From: Escherichia coli
GTDB taxonomy: Bacteria > Pseudomonadota > Gammaproteobacteria > Enterobacterales > Enterobacteriaceae
Assembly (NCBI RefSeq): GCF_003334385.1
Contig: NZ_QOWN01000001.1
Direction: 5' to 3' (one strand)
Length of the DNA stretch: 64,000 bases
Of this stretch, positions 9,252-19,804 are shown one piece after another. A model generated the notes under the pieces. That model saw only the letters and a list, made by a program, of their open reading frames with translations. It was not told the DNA's origin and did not search any database. The translations under genes and the position numbers were made by a program. Position 1 is the stretch's first letter, and each line of letters opens with the position of its first letter.

Positions 9252-10132
9252 TTAAGTTAACGTTACCCGCTGACGTCGATATTCTCGCGGAGAGCGATAA
9301 CCCAACGCACTGTGCGGATGGTTTTCATTGTAATGCTCGATCGCTACTGCAAGGTTATGCACTGCCGTTCTTACATTCGGTTTCGGCATGAACGCGATGT
9401 AGTCTTCCTTCATCGTTTTCACGAACCGTCTGCCATTCCATTACTCTGAGGACTGCTGACTGCCGTCGTGCAGGGCTCCAGATTCAGCTCTCTGGCGAAC
9501 TGCCGTGTTTCATGCGCTCTGTACGCTGAACCGTTATCTGTCAGCCACTGGATGGGCTCTTCCGGCACTTTATCGCCAAAGCCTTTTTCTATCGCTCCTG
9601 ACATCACATCCTGTACTGTCGCTTTATCGTAACCTCCCGTACTGGCTGCCCAGTCGATGGCTTCACGATCACAACAGTCCAGGGCGAACGTAACCCGGAC
9701 TTTTTCGCCATCATCACAACCGAACTCGAAGCCATCAGAACACCAACGCTGGTCGCTTTCCTTCACCGATATTCGGCCTTTATGTTCCCGCTGCAGCCGT
9801 GATGGTTTGTCATGTAACAACAACAGGCTGTTTTCGCTCATTATTCGGTAAACGCGCTTTGCATTCACGAACGGCAAGCCTTCATTTCGGGACTGCCGTC
9901 TGAGTATCGCCCAGACACGGCGATACCCATATGCTGGCATATCGCCAATGATATCCAGGATGCGCGATAAGACTTCTGCATCCGCAGCCTCATCGCGTCT
10001 CTGACGCCGTTTATCTGGCTTGTTATCAGATGCCTTCATCCGTAATGTTAGCTGCGCACGCGACACGCCCAGAACACGGCTTACCGGAGCTATTCCTTGT
10101 CCGAAGGTAACAAGGGCACATGCGCTATCCAT
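9252..10132 (-). pseudogene. IS2-like transposase orfB (InsD-like, DDE domain), frameshifted near 9425..9440
   Basis: Listed ORF 9419..10132 ends ...[11 protein letters not shown]. The C-terminal part ([50 protein letters not shown]...) continues in another frame to the stop at 9252-9254. Confidence 0.6.
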
Positions 10133-10486
10133 TTTCGCGATTGTGCGTACTCCACCGCTTCTTTGAGGATCTCAACTTCCATTGTTTTCTTGCCCAGTAA
10201 ACGCTGAAGCTGATTAATCTGCTTTATCGCAGCGGCCAGTTCAGAAGCAGGAACAACGTCTTCACCGGCAGCAACAGCAGTGAGGCTTCCTTCCAGGTAT
10301 TGTTTTTTCCACTTAAACAACAGGCTGGGCTGAATGCCATGCAAACGTGCCACGTGGGACACAGTCATGCCAGGCTCCATAGTCTGTTGAATAATTGCGA
10401 TTTTTTTTCTGAGGTGTTTTACGTTTACGCACCTCTTTTCCTAACAAAACGCCAGCAATCTCAAAATTAGAACTAGTGTTAGACAT
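10090..10486 (-). pseudogene. IS2-like transposase orfA (InsC-like), frameshifted in an 8-nt homopolymer run at 10401..10408
   Basis: N-terminal segment [28 protein letters not shown] starts at 10486; the remainder ([22 protein letters not shown]...) is in another frame (listed ORF 10090..10380). Confidence 0.6.
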
Positions 10487-10805
10487 ATATCCAAGCCTAC
10501 CTCTTATTTTAAGATACATCTACTGTCTGGTATTTCAGGGGGCCAGTCTAGTATTTCACTGTGTTGTATTGAATCTGTATTTTCTTCGCACCTCGTTTAT
10601 CTCATCTCTATAGACAATGCCATCAGATAACTCATACCCTTCAGCACAACGCTGTGTGTCGTTAATAATCCGTCGTATCCATTCTGTTACAGCATGCCTG
10701 ATAAATACCATCTGTAAGTTATTACCGTTTTAGATCTGATTATGAGCGAAAGCATTAATTCGCTCACAGAGCTTAAAACATCATTAACTTTCAGGAGTCA
10801 TCAAC

Positions 10806-11372
10806 ATGCCTAAATCTTACACACCAAACTGGTTTTTTACCGCTTTACTTGACAATCACATCAATCAAATGATGGCACGCTATTCCTGCCTGCGGGCCTT
10901 ACGCATGGATTTCTTCTACAGGAAAGATACGCCTGATTTCTTACAACCTGATCATCGCTGGCTTGAATTGCAGTTGCGTATGCTGCTGGAGCAGGTAGAA
11001 CAATTTGAAAATATCGTTGGTTTCTTCTGGGTGATTGAATGGACGGCTGATCATGGTTTTCATGCGCATGTCGTTTTCTGGATCGATCGTCAGAGGGTTA
11101 AAAAAATATATCCCTTTGCGGAGCGGATAGCGGAATGCTGGCAGGCAATTACGTATAACTGTGGTTCGGCGCACCGCTGTACATATCAGCCGCATTATGC
11201 ATACAACATCAACATTCCTGTGCGCCACAACGATCCTGAAAGCATCGATAATATTCGCGGTGCCCTGCATTATCTGGCGAAAGAAGAACAAAAAGACGGG
11301 CTGTGTGCCTACGGCTGCAATGAAGTTCCTGAACGTCCTGCTGCAGGGCGTCCTCGTAAGCCTCACTTCTGA
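10806..11372 (+). CDS. YagK/YfjJ-like protein with HUH motif (inovirus Gp2-type replication initiator family)
   Basis: 188-aa ORF containing GFHAHVVFW (His-hydrophobic-His motif) in a context typical of prophage-remnant YagK-family proteins. Confidence 0.5.
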   Translation: MPKSYTPNWFFTALLDNHINQMMARYSCLRALRMDFFYRKDTPDFLQPDHRWLELQLRMLLEQVEQFENIVGFFWVIEWTADHGFHAHVVFWIDRQRVKKIYPFAERIAECWQAITYNCGSAHRCTYQPHYAYNINIPVRHNDPESIDNIRGALHYLAKEEQKDGLCAYGCNEVPERPAAGRPRKPHF

Positions 11373-11486
11373 AGCTTAAGGCCTGAGCCTCCGCTCCTGG
11401 AAACACTCCGTCGGTAAAAACTTACCGCATTGATTAATGATGTGAACTGAAGTCAACGGAGATCATTCATCCTGAACCTGAATCCG

Positions 11487-12203
11487 GTGTTCTGTTCCTT
11501 GCCGGTTACCGGATCTTCCCGTTCTGCTTCAGTTCTTCACTTATTCCATCAATCTCATCCGCAAGCCATAACACGTCAGCTCATTCACGGGCAGGACGCA
11601 CTGTGGGCTGCGCATAACGGAACATATCTTATGAATGCTATTCCTTATTTCGACTATAGCCTGGCACCCTTCTGGCCGTCTTATCAGAACAAAATCATCG
11701 GTATCCTTGAGCGTGCGCTGCGTGAGCAGTCCGGCTCCCGGATACGACGGATCCTGCTTCGTCTGCCATGTGAATATGACCGTACCTTCAGCAGCAGAAA
11801 GATCTGGTTCGGTATGGACTTTATCGAAACCGTCAGTGCGCTGATGAATGTAACCTCCGGACGTGATCTCTGCTGGCTCCTGACTCGTCATCCTGAAAAG
11901 CCGGAATACCACGTGGTGCTGTGCGTCAGACAGGAGTATTTCGATGGCTCTGAACTGGATCGGCTGATTCTTGATGCCTGGAGCAACGTACTGGGCTTCA
12001 TGTCACCGGGTGAAGCGGCACCGTACCAGAAGCAGATCACCCGGGATGTGGTGCTGGACAGTCGTTCACCGGACTGCGAAGAGATATTTCAAGCGCTGAT
12101 CTGGGCGTTCAGTGATTTCGCCCGCGATCGTCGTGGTGTACGCGATCCGGAAGCCCGTTACCTTGCCGGTAATCCCTGGTATCCGGTAGCAGGCCAGCTC
12201 TGA
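11487..12203 (+). CDS. hypothetical protein, integrative-element remnant
   Basis: 238-codon ORF between the YagK-like gene and the AlpA-like gene. Start uncertain; a possible Met at 11631. Confidence 0.4.
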   Translation: MFCSLPVTGSSRSASVLHLFHQSHPQAITRQLIHGQDALWAAHNGTYLMNAIPYFDYSLAPFWPSYQNKIIGILERALREQSGSRIRRILLRLPCEYDRTFSSRKIWFGMDFIETVSALMNVTSGRDLCWLLTRHPEKPEYHVVLCVRQEYFDGSELDRLILDAWSNVLGFMSPGEAAPYQKQITRDVVLDSRSPDCEEIFQALIWAFSDFARDRRGVRDPEARYLAGNPWYPVAGQL

Positions 12204-12271
12204 AAACTCCGTTCAGTAGATTCACCCGCATTTGCCCAACCTTCATAAATCTCACAGAGGACATTCTGACC

Positions 12272-12505
12272 ATGTTGACCACAACAAGCCACGACAGCGT
12301 ATTGCTGCGTGCCGACGATCCCCTGATCGACATGAACTACATCACCAGTTTCACTGGCATGACAGATAAATGGTTTTACAAGCTGATCAGTGAAGGTCAT
12401 TTCCCTAAACCCATCAAACTGGGGCGCAGCAGCCGCTGGTACAAAAGTGAGGTGGAGCAGTGGATGCAGCAACGAATCGAGGAATCCCGGGGGGCAGCAG
12501 CATGA
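12272..12505 (+). CDS. AlpA-family phage/island transcriptional regulator
   Basis: 77-aa ORF with the AlpA-like pattern (ITSFTGMTDKWFYKLISEGHFPKPIKLGRSSRWYKSEVEQW). Confidence 0.7.
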   Translation: MLTTTSHDSVLLRADDPLIDMNYITSFTGMTDKWFYKLISEGHFPKPIKLGRSSRWYKSEVEQWMQQRIEESRGAAA

Positions 12506-12847
12506 AACGTGTTGTAATGCCAGTACGCTGGCAATGTGCAAAATGCCAGCGCTGGTATTGTGGAACCCGGCCCTGCCCCTGGTGCTGGCGACATTTACGT
12601 TCATCTTCTTGCAGACATTCTCCAGTCAGCCTGCAGGTTATAGCTATTCCTGACTGATTCGTCATTCTATTCTTATTGATTATAACTGGCATTACACCGG
12701 TGCCGGAGTGTTTTTCTGTAAGTCTGCGCCGGTTCAGTAAATTAGAAAAGAAACATCTGTCAACGCCAAGATTGTTAGTCGTTACGCCTTATATCACTGG
12801 CGCTGACATTTATCTGTTTCAGTGAAGCATGCCCACAGATTGAGTTA

Positions 12848-13081
12848 TTAAGTTGTGGAAGAACAGCTCTGCCCCGCCTGCTTCTCTCCTTTCAGAAGCC
12901 AGTATGTTGCCATGCCCCGTCTTAATGGTGAGCGCTGAACCATACCTGCTTTTTCCAGTAATAACAGGTAATAGCGGGCCTGGTAATCCGTTACCGCCAG
13001 CGCCTCCGCAATTTCTGCCGTTTTCCCTCCATCATGCCTGTTCAGAAATTCCAGTATTTCATTCTTCATATATTCACTCAT
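12848..13081 (-). CDS. papI: P-fimbrial regulatory protein PapI
   Basis: 77-aa translation [16 protein letters not shown]...[13 protein letters not shown] matches PapI as remembered. Divergent from papB. Confidence 0.9.
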   Translation of the reverse strand: MSEYMKNEILEFLNRHDGGKTAEIAEALAVTDYQARYYLLLLEKAGMVQRSPLRRGMATYWLLKGEKQAGQSCSSTT

Positions 13082-13494
13082 CTCACTGTAACAAAGTTTC
13101 TTCGAATAATAAAAATCATGCTTTCTGTTATCAACGGAAAGGTATTTTTATTCTCTGTGTTTGCTGTGTTTGCTTTATTTGTGCAATTTAGTGAATTTGC
13201 TTTTTATTGGCTTTATTTGATATGTATCACATTTTGCGTTTTATTTTTCTGTGAAAAGAAAGTCCGTAAAAATGCATTTAGACGATCTTTTATGCTGTAA
13301 ATTCAATTTACTATGATGTTTTTATCTGAGTGCATTCTTATTATTAGTGTTTTATTCTAGTTTAATTTTGTTTTGTGGGTTAAAAGATCGTTTAAATCAA
13401 CATTTACAACATAAAAAACTAAATTTAACTTATTGCATGAAGAGTATTTCCGGGCCGGAAGCATATATCCAGGGGCCCGACAGAAGGGGGAAAC
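13082..13494. promoter_or_regulatory. papI-papB intergenic phase-variation switch (Dam/Lrp-controlled) with GATC sites at 13284..13287 and 13386..13389
   Basis: 413-bp AT-rich divergent region. Two GATC sites exactly 102 bp apart in the contexts GACGATCTTTTAT and AAAAGATCGTTTAAATC, as in the canonical pap switch. Confidence 0.85.
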
Positions 13495-13809
13495 ATGGCG
13501 CATCATGAAGTCATCAGCCGGTCAGGAAATGCGTTTTTGCTGAATATACGCGAGAGCGTACTGTTGCCCGGCTCTATGTCTGAAATGCATTTTTTTTTAC
13601 TGATAGGTATTTCTTCTATTCACAGTGACAGGGTCATTCTGGCTATGAAGGACTATCTGGTAGGTGGGCACTCCCGTAAGGAGGTCTGCGAGAAATACCA
13701 GATGAATAATGGGTATTTCAGTACAACACTGGGGAGACTTATACGGCTGAATGCTCTTGCAGCAAGGCTTGCACCTTATTATACAGATGAGTCGTCGGCA
13801 TTTGACTAA
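13495..13809 (+). CDS. papB: P-fimbrial regulatory protein PapB
   Basis: 104-aa translation MAHHEVISRSGNAFLLNIRESVLLPGSMSEMHFFLLIGISSIHSDRVILAMKDYLVGGHSRKEVCEKYQ... matches PapB as remembered. Confidence 0.9.
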   Translation: MAHHEVISRSGNAFLLNIRESVLLPGSMSEMHFFLLIGISSIHSDRVILAMKDYLVGGHSRKEVCEKYQMNNGYFSTTLGRLIRLNALAARLAPYYTDESSAFD

Positions 13810-14016
13810 ATTATGGCATTCCGGAGTTTCTGGAAGATAAAAAAAGAAGCCCTTATCAGAAAGCAGACAGGTTATATCAGTATTTTGTCGATAAATAACC
13901 TGCCCTGAAAATACGAGAATATTATTTGTATTGATCTGGTTATTAAAGGTAATCGGGTCATTTTAAATTGCCAGATATCTCTGGTGTGTTTAGTAATGAA
14001 AAAGAGGTTGTTATTT

Positions 14017-14583
14017 ATGATTAAGTCGGTTATTGCCGGTGCGGTAGCTATGGCAGTGGTGTCTTTTGGTGTAAATGCTGCTCCAACTATTCCACAGGGC
14101 CAGGGAGAAGTAACTTTCAAAGGAACTGTTGTTGACGCTCCATGTGGTATTGAAACGCAGTCTGCAAAACAGGAAATTGATTTTGGCCAGATCTCTAAAT
14201 CCTTCCTGCAGGAGGGCGGGGAAAGCCAGCCAAAAGATCTGAATATTAAGCTTGTAAATTGCGATATCACAAATTTTAAAAAAGTAACTGGTGGTGGGGC
14301 AGCCAAAGCAGGAAGGGTGGCTCTGACTTTTTCCGGCGTATCCAGTGGGAACAATAAAGATATGCTGCAAACAGTTGGCGCAACTAATACAGCTATCGTT
14401 GTTGTCGCTCCGGATGGCGAACGTGTGAAGTTTGATGGGGCGACCACTACCGGTCCTTCAAATCTGGTTGATGGTGATAACACGATTCATTTTACTGCTG
14501 CGGTCAGAAAGGATGATAGTGGCAAGGATGTAGCTGAAGGTGCCTTCTCAGCAGTTGCGAATTTCAACCTGACTTATCAGTAA
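14017..14583 (+). CDS. papA: P-fimbrial major subunit PapA (serotype-variable pilin)
   Basis: Signal peptide MIKSVIAGAVAMAVVSFGVNA, conserved N-terminus APTIPQGQG.VTF.GTVVDAPC and C-terminus EGAFSAVANFNLTYQ. Listed ORF starts at 13984; start chosen at the Met at 14017. Confidence 0.9.
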   Translation: MIKSVIAGAVAMAVVSFGVNAAPTIPQGQGEVTFKGTVVDAPCGIETQSAKQEIDFGQISKSFLQEGGESQPKDLNIKLVNCDITNFKKVTGGGAAKAGRVALTFSGVSSGNNKDMLQTVGATNTAIVVVAPDGERVKFDGATTTGPSNLVDGDNTIHFTAAVRKDDSGKDVAEGAFSAVANFNLTYQ

Positions 14584-14608
14584 CAGTAATACGATAATCT
14601 GGTCCGGT

Positions 14609-14640
14609 AAACAGCGGAAATATTCCGCTGTTTATTTCTC
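14609..14640 (+). terminator. papA-papH intercistronic stem-loop (attenuating terminator)
   Basis: Perfect 9-bp stem AACAGCGGA / TCCGCTGTT with loop AATAT, followed by a T-rich tract, located between the papA stop and the papH start. Confidence 0.6.
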
Positions 14641-14652
14641 AGGGTATTTATC

Positions 14653-15240
14653 ATGAGACTGCGATTCTCTGTTCCACTTTTCTTTTTTTGCTGTGTGTTT
14701 GTTCATGGTGTTTTTGCCGGTCCGTTTCCTCCGCCCGGCATGTCCCTTCCTGAATACTGGGGAGAAGAACACGTATGGTGGGACGGCAGGGCTGCTTTTC
14801 ATGGTGAGGTTGTCAGACCTGCCTGTACTCTGGCGATGGAAGACGCCTGGCAGATTATCGATATGGGGGAAACCCCGGTTCGGGATTTACAGAATGGTTT
14901 CTCCGGACCTGAAAGAAAATTCAGCCTCCGGCTCAGGAACTGTGAATTTAACAGTCAGGGTGGGAACCTTTTCTCTGATTCCCGGATAAGGGTGACTTTC
15001 GATGGCGTCCGGGGGGAAACGCCGGATAAGTTTAATTTATCCGGTCAGGCAAAAGGCATTAATCTGCAGATAGCTGATGCCAGGGGGAATATTGCCCGGG
15101 CAGGGAAAGTAATGCCTGCAATACCATTGACGGGTAATGAAGAAGCGCTGGATTACACCCTCAGAATTGTGCGAAACGGAAAAAAACTTGAAGCCGGAAA
15201 TTATTTTGCCGTGCTGGGATTCCGGGTCGATTATGAGTGA
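14653..15240 (+). CDS. papH: P-fimbrial minor subunit PapH (pilus terminator/anchor)
   Basis: 195-aa pilin-like ORF in the conserved position after papA. Confidence 0.85.
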   Translation: MRLRFSVPLFFFCCVFVHGVFAGPFPPPGMSLPEYWGEEHVWWDGRAAFHGEVVRPACTLAMEDAWQIIDMGETPVRDLQNGFSGPERKFSLRLRNCEFNSQGGNLFSDSRIRVTFDGVRGETPDKFNLSGQAKGINLQIADARGNIARAGKVMPAIPLTGNEEALDYTLRIVRNGKKLEAGNYFAVLGFRVDYE

Positions 15241-15298
15241 GTCACTCCGGTGAGATGTCCGGTTATTTATCTTTTTTGTGAATCTGGTGATGCGTGGA

Positions 15299-17809
15299 AT
15301 GAAAGACAGAATACCTTTTGCAGTCAACAATATTACCTGTGTGATATTGTTGTCTCTGTTTTGTAACGCAGCCAGTGCCGTTGAGTTTAATACAGATGTA
15401 CTTGACGCGGCGGACAAGAAAAATATTGACTTCACCCGTTTTTCAGAAGCCGGCTATGTTCTGCCGGGGCAATATCTTCTGGATGTGATTGTTAACGGGC
15501 AAAGTATTTCTCCCGCATCGTTACAGATTTCATTTGTTGAACCTCAGTCGTCAGGAGATAAGGCAGAAAAAAAATTGCCACAGGCCTGCCTGACATCAGA
15601 TATGGTCAGACTGATGGGGTTAACAGCAGAATCTCTGGATAAAGTTGTTTACTGGCATGATGGTCAGTGTGCGGATTTTCATGGGTTGCCGGGAGTGGAT
15701 ATTCGTCCTGATACCGGAGCGGGCGTATTACGCATCAATATGCCGCAGGCCTGGCTTGAGTATTCTGATGCCACCTGGCTGCCTCCCTCACGCTGGGACG
15801 ACGGCATTCCCGGACTGATGCTGGATTATAACCTCAACGGGACGGTTTCCCGTAATTATCAGGGAGGAGACTCTCATCAGTTCAGTTATAACGGGACTGT
15901 GGGGGGGAATCTGGGGCCCTGGCGCCTGCGGGCTGACTATCAGGGAAGCCAGGAGCAGAGCCGCTACAACGGGGAAAAAACGACAAACAGAAATTTCACA
16001 TGGAGTCGCTTTTATCTGTTCCGTGCCATTCCACGATGGCGGGCAAACCTGACGCTGGGCGAGAATAATATCAACTCAGATATATTCCGGTCATGGAGTT
16101 ATACGGGAGCCAGCCTGGAAAGCGATGACCGGATGCTGCCACCCAGACTGCGAGGCTATGCACCGCAGATTACCGGGATTGCGGAGACTAATGCCCGTGT
16201 TGTGGTGTCGCAGCAGGGACGGGTGCTGTACGACTCGATGGTCCCCGCAGGGCCATTCAGTATTCAGGACCTGGACAGTTCAGTTCGCGGACGTCTTGAT
16301 GTTGAGGTTATTGAACAGAACGGACGGAAGAAAACCTTTCAGGTCGATACGGCCTCGGTTCCTTATCTGACGCGTCCGGGACAGGTCCGGTATAAACTTG
16401 TCTCCGGTCGTTCCCGCGGATACGGGCATGAGACCGAAGGGCCTGTATTTGCGACCGGAGAGGCGTCCTGGGGGCTCAGTAACCAGTGGTCGCTGTATGG
16501 CGGGGCTGTGCTTGCCGGTGATTATAATGCACTGGCAGCCGGTGCCGGCTGGGACCTGGGTGTGCCGGGGACCCTTTCCGCTGATATCACGCAGTCAGTA
16601 GCCCGTATTGAGGGAGAGAGAACGTTTCAGGGAAAATCCTGGCGTCTTAGCTACTCCAAACGGTTTGATAATGCGGATGCCGACATTACGTTCGCCGGGT
16701 ATCGTTTCTCAGAGCGAAACTATATGACCATGGAGCAGTACCTGAACGCCCGCTACCGTAATGATTACAGCAGTCGGGAAAAAGAGATGTATACCGTTAC
16801 GCTGAATAAAAACGTGGCGGACTGGAACACCTCTTTTAACCTGCAGTACAGCCGTCAGACATACTGGGACATACGGAAAACGGACTATTATACGGTGAGC
16901 GTCAACCGCTACTTTAATGTTTTCGGACTGCAGGGCGTGGCGGTTGGATTGTCAGCCTCAAGGTCTAAATATCTGGGGCGTGATAACGATTCTGCTTACC
17001 TGCGTATATCCGTGCCGCTGGGGACGGGGACTGCGAGCTACAGTGGCAGTATGAGTAATGACCGTTATGTGAATATGGCCGGCTACACTGACACGTTCAA
17101 TGACGGTCTGGACAGCTACAGCCTGAACGCCGGCCTTAACAGTGGCGGTGGACTGACATCGCAACGTCAGATTAATGCCTATTACAGTCATCGTAGTCCG
17201 CTGGCAAATTTGTCCGCGAATATTGCATCCCTGCAGAAAGGATATACGTCTTTCGGCGTCAGTGCTTCCGGTGGGGCAACAATTACCGGAAAAGGTGCGG
17301 CGTTACATGCAGGGGGAATGTCCGGTGGAACACGTCTTCTTGTTGACACGGATGGTGTGGGAGGTGTACCGGTTGATGGCGGGCAGGTGGTGACAAATCG
17401 CTGGGGAACGGGCGTGGTGACTGACATCAGCAGTTATTACCGGAATACAACCTCTGTTGACCTGAAGCGCTTACCGGATGATGTGGAAGCAACCCGTTCT
17501 GTTGTGGAATCGGCGCTGACAGAAGGTGCCATTGGTTACCGGAAATTCAGCGTGCTTAAAGGGAAACGTCTGTTTGCAATACTGCGTCTTGCTGATGGCT
17601 CTCAGCCCCCGTTTGGTGCCAGTGTAACCAGTGAAAAAGGCCGGGAGCTGGGCATGGTGGCCGACGAAGGCCTTGCCTGGCTGAGTGGCGTGACGCCGGG
17701 GGAAACCCTGTCGGTAAACTGGGATGGAAAAATACAGTGTCAGGTAAATGTACCGGAGACAGCAATATCTGACCAGCAGTTATTGCTTCCCTGTACGCCT
17801 CAGAAATAA
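15299..17809 (+). CDS. papC: outer-membrane usher PapC
   Basis: 836-aa product from the Met at 15299 (MKDRIPFAVNNITCVILLS...). Large usher-type protein in the conserved operon position. Confidence 0.9.
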   Translation: MKDRIPFAVNNITCVILLSLFCNAASAVEFNTDVLDAADKKNIDFTRFSEAGYVLPGQYLLDVIVNGQSISPASLQISFVEPQSSGDKAEKKLPQACLTSDMVRLMGLTAESLDKVVYWHDGQCADFHGLPGVDIRPDTGAGVLRINMPQAWLEYSDATWLPPSRWDDGIPGLMLDYNLNGTVSRNYQGGDSHQFSYNGTVGGNLGPWRLRADYQGSQEQSRYNGEKTTNRNFTWSRFYLFRAIPRWRANLTLGENNINSDIFRSWSYTGASLESDDRMLPPRLRGYAPQITGIAETNARVVVSQQGRVLYDSMVPAGPFSIQDLDSSVRGRLDVEVIEQNGRKKTFQVDTASVPYLTRPGQVRYKLVSGRSRGYGHETEGPVFATGEASWGLSNQWSLYGGAVLAGDYNALAAGAGWDLGVPGTLSADITQSVARIEGERTFQGKSWRLSYSKRFDNADADITFAGYRFSERNYMTMEQYLNARYRNDYSSREKEMYTVTLNKNVADWNTSFNLQYSRQTYWDIRKTDYYTVSVNRYFNVFGLQGVAVGLSASRSKYLGRDNDSAYLRISVPLGTGTASYSGSMSNDRYVNMAGYTDTFNDGLDSYSLNAGLNSGGGLTSQRQINAYYSHRSPLANLSANIASLQKGYTSFGVSASGGATITGKGAALHAGGMSGGTRLLVDTDGVGGVPVDGGQVVTNRWGTGVVTDISSYYRNTTSVDLKRLPDDVEATRSVVESALTEGAIGYRKFSVLKGKRLFAILRLADGSQPPFGASVTSEKGRELGMVADEGLAWLSGVTPGETLSVNWDGKIQCQVNVPETAISDQQLLLPCTPQK

Positions 17810-17894
17810 ATGAAAGTCCGGAATATTAACGGCTGATGAATGCGGTTATGCCATTTTCCGGACCAGGTGAAATTACAGAATGTGGAAATTAAGT

Positions 17895-18614
17895 ATGATT
17901 CGAAAAAAGATTCTGATGGCTGCCATCCCCCTGTTTGTTATATCCGGGGCAGACGCTGCTGTTTCGCTGGACAGAACCCGCGCGGTGTTTGACGGGAGTG
18001 AGAAGTCAATGACGCTTGATATCTCCAATGATAACAAACAACTGCCCTATCTTGCTCAGGCATGGATAGAAAATGAAAATCAGGAAAAAATTATTGCAGG
18101 GCCGGTTATTGCCACCCCTCCGGTTCAGCGCCTTGAGCCGGGTGCGAAAAGCATGGTCAGGCTGAGTACCACACCGGATATCAGTAAACTTCCTCAGGAC
18201 AGGGAATCACTGTTTTATTTTAATCTCCGGGAAATACCGCCGAGGAGTGAAAAGGCCAATGTACTGCAGATAGCCTTACAGACCAAAATAAAGCTTTTTT
18301 ATCGCCCGGCAGCAATTAAAACCAGACCAAATGAAGTATGGCAGGACCAGTTAATTCTGAACAAAGTCAGCGGTGGGTATCGTATTGAAAACCCAACGCC
18401 CTATTATGTCACTGTTATTGGTCTGGGAGGAAGTGAAAAGCAGGCAGAGGAAGGTGAGTTTGAAACCGTGATGCTGTCTCCCCGTTCAGAGCAGACAGTA
18501 AAATCGGCAAATTATAATACCCCTTATCTGTCTTATATTAACGACTATGGTGGTCGCCCGGTACTGTCGTTTATCTGTAATGGCAGCCGTTGCTCTGTGA
18601 AAAAAGAGAAATAA
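17895..18614 (+). CDS. papD: periplasmic pilus chaperone PapD
   Basis: 239-aa product from MIRKKILMAAIPLFVISGADA, about the size of a PapD-type chaperone, directly after the usher. Confidence 0.9.
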   Translation: MIRKKILMAAIPLFVISGADAAVSLDRTRAVFDGSEKSMTLDISNDNKQLPYLAQAWIENENQEKIIAGPVIATPPVQRLEPGAKSMVRLSTTPDISKLPQDRESLFYFNLREIPPRSEKANVLQIALQTKIKLFYRPAAIKTRPNEVWQDQLILNKVSGGYRIENPTPYYVTVIGLGGSEKQAEEGEFETVMLSPRSEQTVKSANYNTPYLSYINDYGGRPVLSFICNGSRCSVKKEK

Positions 18615-18650
18615 TGTACCGCAATAACGGTTAAATGCGGGTGGGATATT

Positions 18651-19232
18651 ATGGTTGTGAATAAAACAACAGCAGTACTGTATCTTATTGCACTGTCGCT
18701 GAGTGGTTTCATCCATACTTTCCTGCGGGCTGAAGAGCGGGGTATATACGATGACGTCTTTACTGCAGATGAGTTGCATCATTACCGGATAAATGAACGG
18801 GGGGGACGCACCGGAAGCCTGGCAGTCAGTGGTGCACTGCTGTCCTCACCCTGCACGCTGGTGAGTAATGAGGTGCCGTTAAGCCTCCGGCCGGAAAATC
18901 ACTCTGCGTCAGCCGGAGCACCTCTGATGCTGAGGCTGGCAGGATGTGGGGACGGTGGTGCACTTCAGCCCGGAAAACGGGGCGTTGCGATGACAGTCTC
19001 CGGCTCACTGGTAACCGGTCCCGGAACCGGAAGTGCTTTACTTCCTGACCGTAAGCTATCCGGCTGTGACCATCTTGTTATACATGATGGTGATACCTTT
19101 TTACTGTGCCGGCCTGACCGGCGGCAGGAGGAGATGCTGACTGCCTGGAGGAAAAGGGCGACACAGGAGGGTGAGTATTCTGATGCCAGGAGCAATCCGG
19201 CCATGCTGCGTCTGAGCATAAAATATGAGTAA
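18651..19232 (+). CDS. papJ: P-fimbrial assembly protein PapJ
   Basis: 193-aa ORF in the conserved papJ position. Confidence 0.8.
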   Translation: MVVNKTTAVLYLIALSLSGFIHTFLRAEERGIYDDVFTADELHHYRINERGGRTGSLAVSGALLSSPCTLVSNEVPLSLRPENHSASAGAPLMLRLAGCGDGGALQPGKRGVAMTVSGSLVTGPGTGSALLPDRKLSGCDHLVIHDGDTFLLCRPDRRQEEMLTAWRKRATQEGEYSDARSNPAMLRLSIKYE

Positions 19233-19238
19233 GGGAAT

Positions 19239-19778
19239 GTGATGATAAAAAGCACAGGCGCTCTTTTACTGTTTGCCGCACTGTCTGCCGGACAGGCAAT
19301 AGCCTCAGATGTGGCATTCAGGGGTAATCTGCTTGACAGACCCTGCCATGTGTCCGGTGACAGTCTGAATAAACATGTCGTCTTCAAAACCCGCGCGTCC
19401 AGGGATTTCTGGTATCCGCCCGGACGTTCGCCGACAGAGTCGTTTGTCATCAGGCTGGAAAACTGCCATGCAACAGCAGTTGGCAAAATTGTGACCCTGA
19501 CCTTTAAGGGGAGGGAGGAGGCGGCCCTCCCGGGCCATCTGAAGGTAACCGGAGTGAATTCCGGCCGGTTAGGCATTGCACTGCTGGACACCGATGGCAG
19601 CAGTCTGCTGAAACCCGGCGCTTCCCATAACAAAGGCCAGGGGGAAAAGGTTACCGGAAACAGTCTTGAGCTTCCTTTCGGCGCGTATGTTGTGGCAACG
19701 CCGGAAGCCCTGCGGACGAAGAGTGTGGTACCCGGTGATTATGAAGCAACAGCCACGTTTGAATTGACATATCGTTAG
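19239..19778 (+). CDS. papK: P-fimbrial minor subunit PapK (tip adaptor)
   Basis: 179-aa pilin-like ORF with signal peptide and C-terminal ...TFELTYR. Confidence 0.8.
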   Translation: MMIKSTGALLLFAALSAGQAIASDVAFRGNLLDRPCHVSGDSLNKHVVFKTRASRDFWYPPGRSPTESFVIRLENCHATAVGKIVTLTFKGREEAALPGHLKVTGVNSGRLGIALLDTDGSSLLKPGASHNKGQGEKVTGNSLELPFGAYVVATPEALRTKSVVPGDYEATATFELTYR

Positions 19779-19804
19779 CAAAATTTTTGTACAGGATATT
19801 TCAG

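Larger units (their letters stand above)
9215..10550 (-). mobile_element. IS2-like insertion sequence (IS3 family), about 1336 bp, apparently defective
   Basis: Imperfect terminal inverted repeats at 9215..9251 and 10513..10550; the tip TAGACTGGCCCCCTGAA matches the IS2 left end. Internal orfA and orfB homologous to IS2 InsC/InsD are both interrupted by frameshifts. Confidence 0.8.

Noticed and set aside
13215..13260. CRP-like half-sites (TCACA and TGTGA) in the pap regulatory region
   Set aside because: The half-sites are not arranged as a convincing TGTGA-N6-TCACA palindrome in my reading; the CRP site expected in pap switches needs alignment to a reference to place correctly.
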